A stretch of DNA of 32,000 nucleotides from Sinorhizobium meliloti. GTDB taxonomy: Bacteria; Pseudomonadota; Alphaproteobacteria; Rhizobiales; Rhizobiaceae. The notes below the pieces were generated by a model, which saw only the letters and a program-made list of their open reading frames with translations, was not told the origin of the DNA and ran no database searches. The translations under genes and the position numbers were made by a program. The stretch is from positions 960,001-992,000 of the forward strand of contig NZ_JAGIOS010000002.1 of NCBI RefSeq assembly GCF_017876815.1, given 5' to 3'. Below, piece by piece: positions 28,689 to 32,000 of the stretch; within the stretch, counting starts at the first letter, position 1; the number at the start of each line of letters is the position of its first letter.

Positions 28689-29633
28689 TTGACGAGGATC
28701 GGTAAGGCATCAGGTATCCCGGTGAACAAAACGTCCGATCTTCGCATCATCGTCTTGGGGGCCGCCGCCGGCGGCGGTCTCCCGCAATGGAATTGCGGCT
28801 GTCGCAACTGCGCGATGGCGCGCGATCCGGCCTCCGGCCTCAGACCGCAAACCCAGTCGTCGCTTGCGGTGAGCCTCGACGGCGAGAGCTGGACCGTCTT
28901 CAACGCCTCCCCGGACATCCGCCAGCAGGTTCAAGACAATTGCCCGCTTCAGCCACGCCGGCTGCGCCACAGCCCCATCGAGAGTGTGGTGCTGACGAAT
29001 GGCGACATCGACCATCTGGCAGGGCTTCTCGTTTTGCGGGAGAAGCAGGCATTCACCCTATTTTCGACCGGCGCAGTCGGCCGGATCGTCTCCGACAATC
29101 CGGTCTTCCAGGTCCTCGATCCGGAACTGGTGTCAAGAAAGACCATCGAAATCGATGAGGCTTTCTCTCCGCTGTCGGGCCTCGATGCACGGCTCTTCGC
29201 CGTTCCGGGCAAGGTGCCCCTCTTTCTCGAGGACGGCGAGCCCGATCTGGGCATCGAGGGCGAGCACACGGTCGGGCTCGAACTGGAGGCCGCCGGCAGG
29301 CGGGTCTATTATGTTCCTGGCTGCGCCATGATGACGGATAGCCTCGCCGCGCGCCTGCGCGATGCCGATGCTGTCTTCTTCGACGGCACGCTCTTTTCCG
29401 ATGACGAGATGATCCTGACCGGGACCGGCCGCAAGACAGGCCGTCGCATGGGCCACATGCCGATCGACGGGGAAGGTGGCAGCCTCGACGCGCTCGATCT
29501 CTTGAACATTCGCAGAAAGATCTATGTCCATATCAACAACACCAACCCGATCTGGCGGGCCGGCAGCGAGCGAGAGCGCGTCGAGGCCCGCGGTTTCGAG
29601 ATCGGCTATGACGGCATGGAGGTCCGGCTGTGA
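28689..29633 (+). CDS. pqqB: PqqB (metallo-beta-lactamase-fold PQQ biosynthesis protein)
   Basis: Characteristic N-terminus IIVLGAAAGGGLPQWNCGCRNC. Start is TTG 28689 (track) or GTG 28722. The stop overlaps the pqqC GTG (GTGA at 29630-29633). Confidence 0.9.
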   Translation: MTRIGKASGIPVNKTSDLRIIVLGAAAGGGLPQWNCGCRNCAMARDPASGLRPQTQSSLAVSLDGESWTVFNASPDIRQQVQDNCPLQPRRLRHSPIESVVLTNGDIDHLAGLLVLREKQAFTLFSTGAVGRIVSDNPVFQVLDPELVSRKTIEIDEAFSPLSGLDARLFAVPGKVPLFLEDGEPDLGIEGEHTVGLELEAAGRRVYYVPGCAMMTDSLAARLRDADAVFFDGTLFSDDEMILTGTGRKTGRRMGHMPIDGEGGSLDALDLLNIRRKIYVHINNTNPIWRAGSERERVEARGFEIGYDGMEVRL

Positions 29634-30400
29634 CGACGGCAACTGACAGACAAGCTTTCCATGCCCGCCTGCTGGAGATCGGCAAGGAGCGCTACCATGA
29701 CAAGCATCCGTTTCATGCGATGCTCCATGGCGGCGGTTGCACGACGACGCAGGTCCGCGCCTGGGTGATCAACCGCTATTATTACCAGAGCCGCATCCCC
29801 ATGAAGGATGCGGCCTTTCTGTCGCGTTGCGACGACCCGGATATGCGCCGGGCCTGGCGCTCCCGCATCGAAGATCACGACGGCGGCGTCGAGGAGGGCG
29901 GCGGCATCCGGCGCTGGCTGCGTCTCGCCGAGGCCGTGGGACTAGATCCAGCCTATGTCGGCTCCGCAAGGGGCGTACTGCCGTCGACCCGGTTTGCCGT
30001 GGACGCCTATGTTTCCTTTGTGCGTGAGAAGCCGCTGCTCGAGGCGGTGGCCTCCTCGCTGACGGAGCTTTTTGCGCCGAAGATCCACTCGGAGCGCATT
30101 GCCGGGCTGCTGGAGCACTACGCCTTCGCCGATGACGCCGCACTCGCCTATTTCCGCCAGAGGCTGGCGGAGGCGCCCCGGGATGTCGAGTTCGGCCTCG
30201 CCTATGTCCTTGACCATGCCGACACGCGGGAAAAGCAGGACGCGGCCGCTCAGGCACTCACCTTCAAGACGGATGTTCTCTGGGCCCAGCTCGATGCACT
30301 TTATTCGGCCTATGTCACGCCGGGGCGCATTCCGCCGGGGGCCTGGGACGGCCGGGAGGGGGTGATCCGCGAGCCGAGAGCGCGGGAGGCCGCGGAATGA
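29630..30400 (+). CDS. pqqC: Pyrroloquinoline-quinone synthase PqqC
   Basis: HPFH..., INRYYYQSRIPMKDAA and other PqqC-typical segments. 256 aa. Confidence 0.93.
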   Translation: MTTATDRQAFHARLLEIGKERYHDKHPFHAMLHGGGCTTTQVRAWVINRYYYQSRIPMKDAAFLSRCDDPDMRRAWRSRIEDHDGGVEEGGGIRRWLRLAEAVGLDPAYVGSARGVLPSTRFAVDAYVSFVREKPLLEAVASSLTELFAPKIHSERIAGLLEHYAFADDAALAYFRQRLAEAPRDVEFGLAYVLDHADTREKQDAAAQALTFKTDVLWAQLDALYSAYVTPGRIPPGAWDGREGVIREPRAREAAE

Positions 30401-30693
30401 CGGCCGACGCGCCCGTGATTTCAGGATCGAGCGTCGTCAAGCTGGCACGAGGGGTCCGGCTGCATGAGGATCCGGTCCGCGGCCAGACAGTGCTGCTGGC
30501 TCCGGAGCGCGCCATGGCCGTGGACGACATCGCCGTCGCCATCGTTCAGGCTCTCGATGGCGAACGGAACCTCGACCGGATCGCCGCCGACTTTGCCGAG
30601 AAGTTCGACGCCCCCGTCGAAGAGATCGCCGAGGATGTCAGGACTTTCGTCCAGGAGCTCTCCGTCCGCCGCATGCTGGAGATCGTCCAATGA
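30397..30693 (+). CDS. pqqD: PqqD, peptide chaperone (RRE domain)
   Basis: ATGA overlap with pqqC. 98 aa. Position and size are canonical. C-terminal ...FVQELSVRRMLEIV is typical. Confidence 0.9.
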   Translation: MTADAPVISGSSVVKLARGVRLHEDPVRGQTVLLAPERAMAVDDIAVAIVQALDGERNLDRIAADFAEKFDAPVEEIAEDVRTFVQELSVRRMLEIVQ

Positions 30694-31817
30694 GCGACAC
30701 TATCGCCCGGCCAGCCGAAACTGCCCGCACCTTGCCGCGCATTCTTCCGCCGATGGCCATGCTGGCGGAACTGACGCATCGCTGCCCGCTCGCCTGCCCC
30801 TATTGCTCCAATCCGATCGCCCTGACGCAAGCCAAGGAAGAACTATCGACAGAGGAGTGGACAGGCGTCTTCGCGCAAGCCGCCGATCTCGGCGTCCTGC
30901 ATCTGCACCTGTCCGGCGGGGAGCCTGCCGCGCGTCGGGACCTTGTCGAAGTGACGCAGGCGGCGAGTTCGCTCGGCCTTTACACCAACCTGATCACCTC
31001 CGGCGTGGGACTGACGGAGGCGAGGATGAACAGCCTCGCCGATGCCGGACTCGACCATATCCAACTTTCCATCCAGGGCGTTTCTCCCGAAAGCGCCGAT
31101 CGGATCGGCGGGTACAAAGGCGGTTATGAACGGAAAATGGCGGTTGCAGGCTGGGCGGCCGATGCCGCTATACCGCTGACGCTGAACGCCGTCTGCCACA
31201 GGCAGAACATGGGCGAGATCGATGAGATGATTGAGCTGGCTATCCGGCTGAAGGCGCGCCGCATCGAAGTCGCCACCGTGCAGTTTCACGGTTGGGCCGA
31301 GCGCAACAAAGAGGTTCTCATGCCGACCCGCGAGCAGGTCGAATGCGCTACGCGAAGCGTCGCCGAAGCACGCGAGAAATATCAGGGCATATTGGTGATC
31401 GACTATGTGCCCGCCGATTATTATTCGAAGTATCCGAAGGCCTGCATGGGCGGCTGGGGCCGCGTCGGCTTGAACATCACGCCGTCCGGGCGGGTGCTTC
31501 CATGCCATGCCGCCGAAACCATTCCGAGCCTCTCTTTCGAGAACGTGCGCGAAAACTCGCTTTCCAGCATCTGGTACGAGAGCAATGCGTTCAATGCCTA
31601 TCGCGGCGAGGACTGGATGCCGGAGCTCTGTCGGAGCTGCGAGCGCAAGAAGGTGGATTTCGGCGGCTGCCGCTGCCAGGCGATGGCGCTTGCCGGCGAC
31701 GCGAGCGCAACGGACCCGGTTTGCATCCGGTCTCCGCTTCGCGATCGCCTGACGCTCGAAGTGGAACAGCTTTCGGCACCGTCGGTCGTGCCGATGAATT
31801 ATCGCGGCCGGGCATAA
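30690..31817 (+). CDS. pqqE: PqqE, radical SAM/SPASM PqqA cross-linking enzyme
   Basis: ATGA overlap with pqqD. CPLACPYC (CX3CX2C) radical SAM cluster. C-terminal Cys-rich SPASM region (CRSCERKKVDFGGCRCQ). Confidence 0.93.
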   Translation: MSDTIARPAETARTLPRILPPMAMLAELTHRCPLACPYCSNPIALTQAKEELSTEEWTGVFAQAADLGVLHLHLSGGEPAARRDLVEVTQAASSLGLYTNLITSGVGLTEARMNSLADAGLDHIQLSIQGVSPESADRIGGYKGGYERKMAVAGWAADAAIPLTLNAVCHRQNMGEIDEMIELAIRLKARRIEVATVQFHGWAERNKEVLMPTREQVECATRSVAEAREKYQGILVIDYVPADYYSKYPKACMGGWGRVGLNITPSGRVLPCHAAETIPSLSFENVRENSLSSIWYESNAFNAYRGEDWMPELCRSCERKKVDFGGCRCQAMALAGDASATDPVCIRSPLRDRLTLEVEQLSAPSVVPMNYRGRA

Positions 31818-31833
31818 CCGTTAACGGTGTCGG

Positions 31834-31865
31834 CACGCTTCACCGGTTGGAAACGGTGAAGCGTG
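31834..31865 (+). terminator. 12-bp perfect stem-loop downstream of pqqE
   Basis: cacgcttcaccg (31834-31845), loop gttggaaa, cggtgaagcgtg (31854-31865). Preceded by the palindrome accgttaacggt (31817-31828). Only a weak, displaced T-run (attttg) follows. Confidence 0.5.
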
Positions 31866-31885
31866 GCGGGCAGATTTTGCCGGCT

Positions 31886-32000
31886 TCAGGATCGGGCCGT
31901 CTCGTCGCGCTGCCGGCGGAATTGCACTGTCGGGAGGCCACCCCAGCCCCAGTTATCGAGCTCGACTTCCTCGATAACCACATAGGTGGATTCGAGCGGC
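31886..32000 (-). CDS. 3' end of a minus-strand CDS, tautomerase (4-oxalocrotonate tautomerase-like) C-terminus, partial
   Basis: My manual translation of the reverse strand gives ...PLESTYVVIEEVELDNWGWGGLPTVQFRRQRDETARS-stop (TGA = tca at 31886-31888). The V.IEEV..DNWG.GG pattern resembles tautomerase-family proteins. Not in the ORF track because it runs off the window. Confidence 0.4.
   Translation of the reverse strand, partial: PLESTYVVIEEVELDNWGWGGLPTVQFRRQRDETARS

Overview
About 62% GC DNA with alpha-proteobacterial (Rhizobiales) character. From memory, the gene order and two intergenic repeat families resemble a Sinorhizobium/Ensifer megaplasmid; I could not check this without a search. 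The window is a dense one-carbon/autotrophy island with no rRNA, tRNA, CRISPR, transposase or integrase. Left to right: (1) a SoxYZ-like single-Cys carrier and a metallo-beta-lactamase hydrolase, divergently arranged, plus an orphan secreted protein. (2) Glutathione-dependent formaldehyde oxidation (adhC, fghA) followed by a c-type cytochrome. (3) xoxF-xoxG-xoxJ (lanthanide-type PQQ methanol dehydrogenase, its cytochrome, a periplasmic binding-fold protein), translationally coupled to a CXXCW rhodanese-like protein. (4) An eight-gene, tightly coupled operon encoding secreted proteins and two ABC systems of unknown substrate. (5) gfa. (6) On the minus strand, cbbF-P-T-A-L-S-X-rpe plus a terminal thioredoxin-fold gene (red-type form I RuBisCO with CbbX activase), divergent from cbbR. 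(7) pqqABCDE. The best candidates for undescribed biology are the uncharacterised periplasmic proteins around xoxFGJ: the SoxYZ-like carrier, MBL hydrolase, CXXCW protein, CNGC protein, YVTN propeller, two solute-binding proteins and an exporter-type ABC-2 pump. All family calls rest on motifs and my recall of families, not on searches. Many long ORFs in the track are antisense or out-of-frame shadows typical of GC-rich DNA, and several track ORFs carry spurious N-terminal extensions. I re-derived starts from RBS positions and stop/start overlaps.
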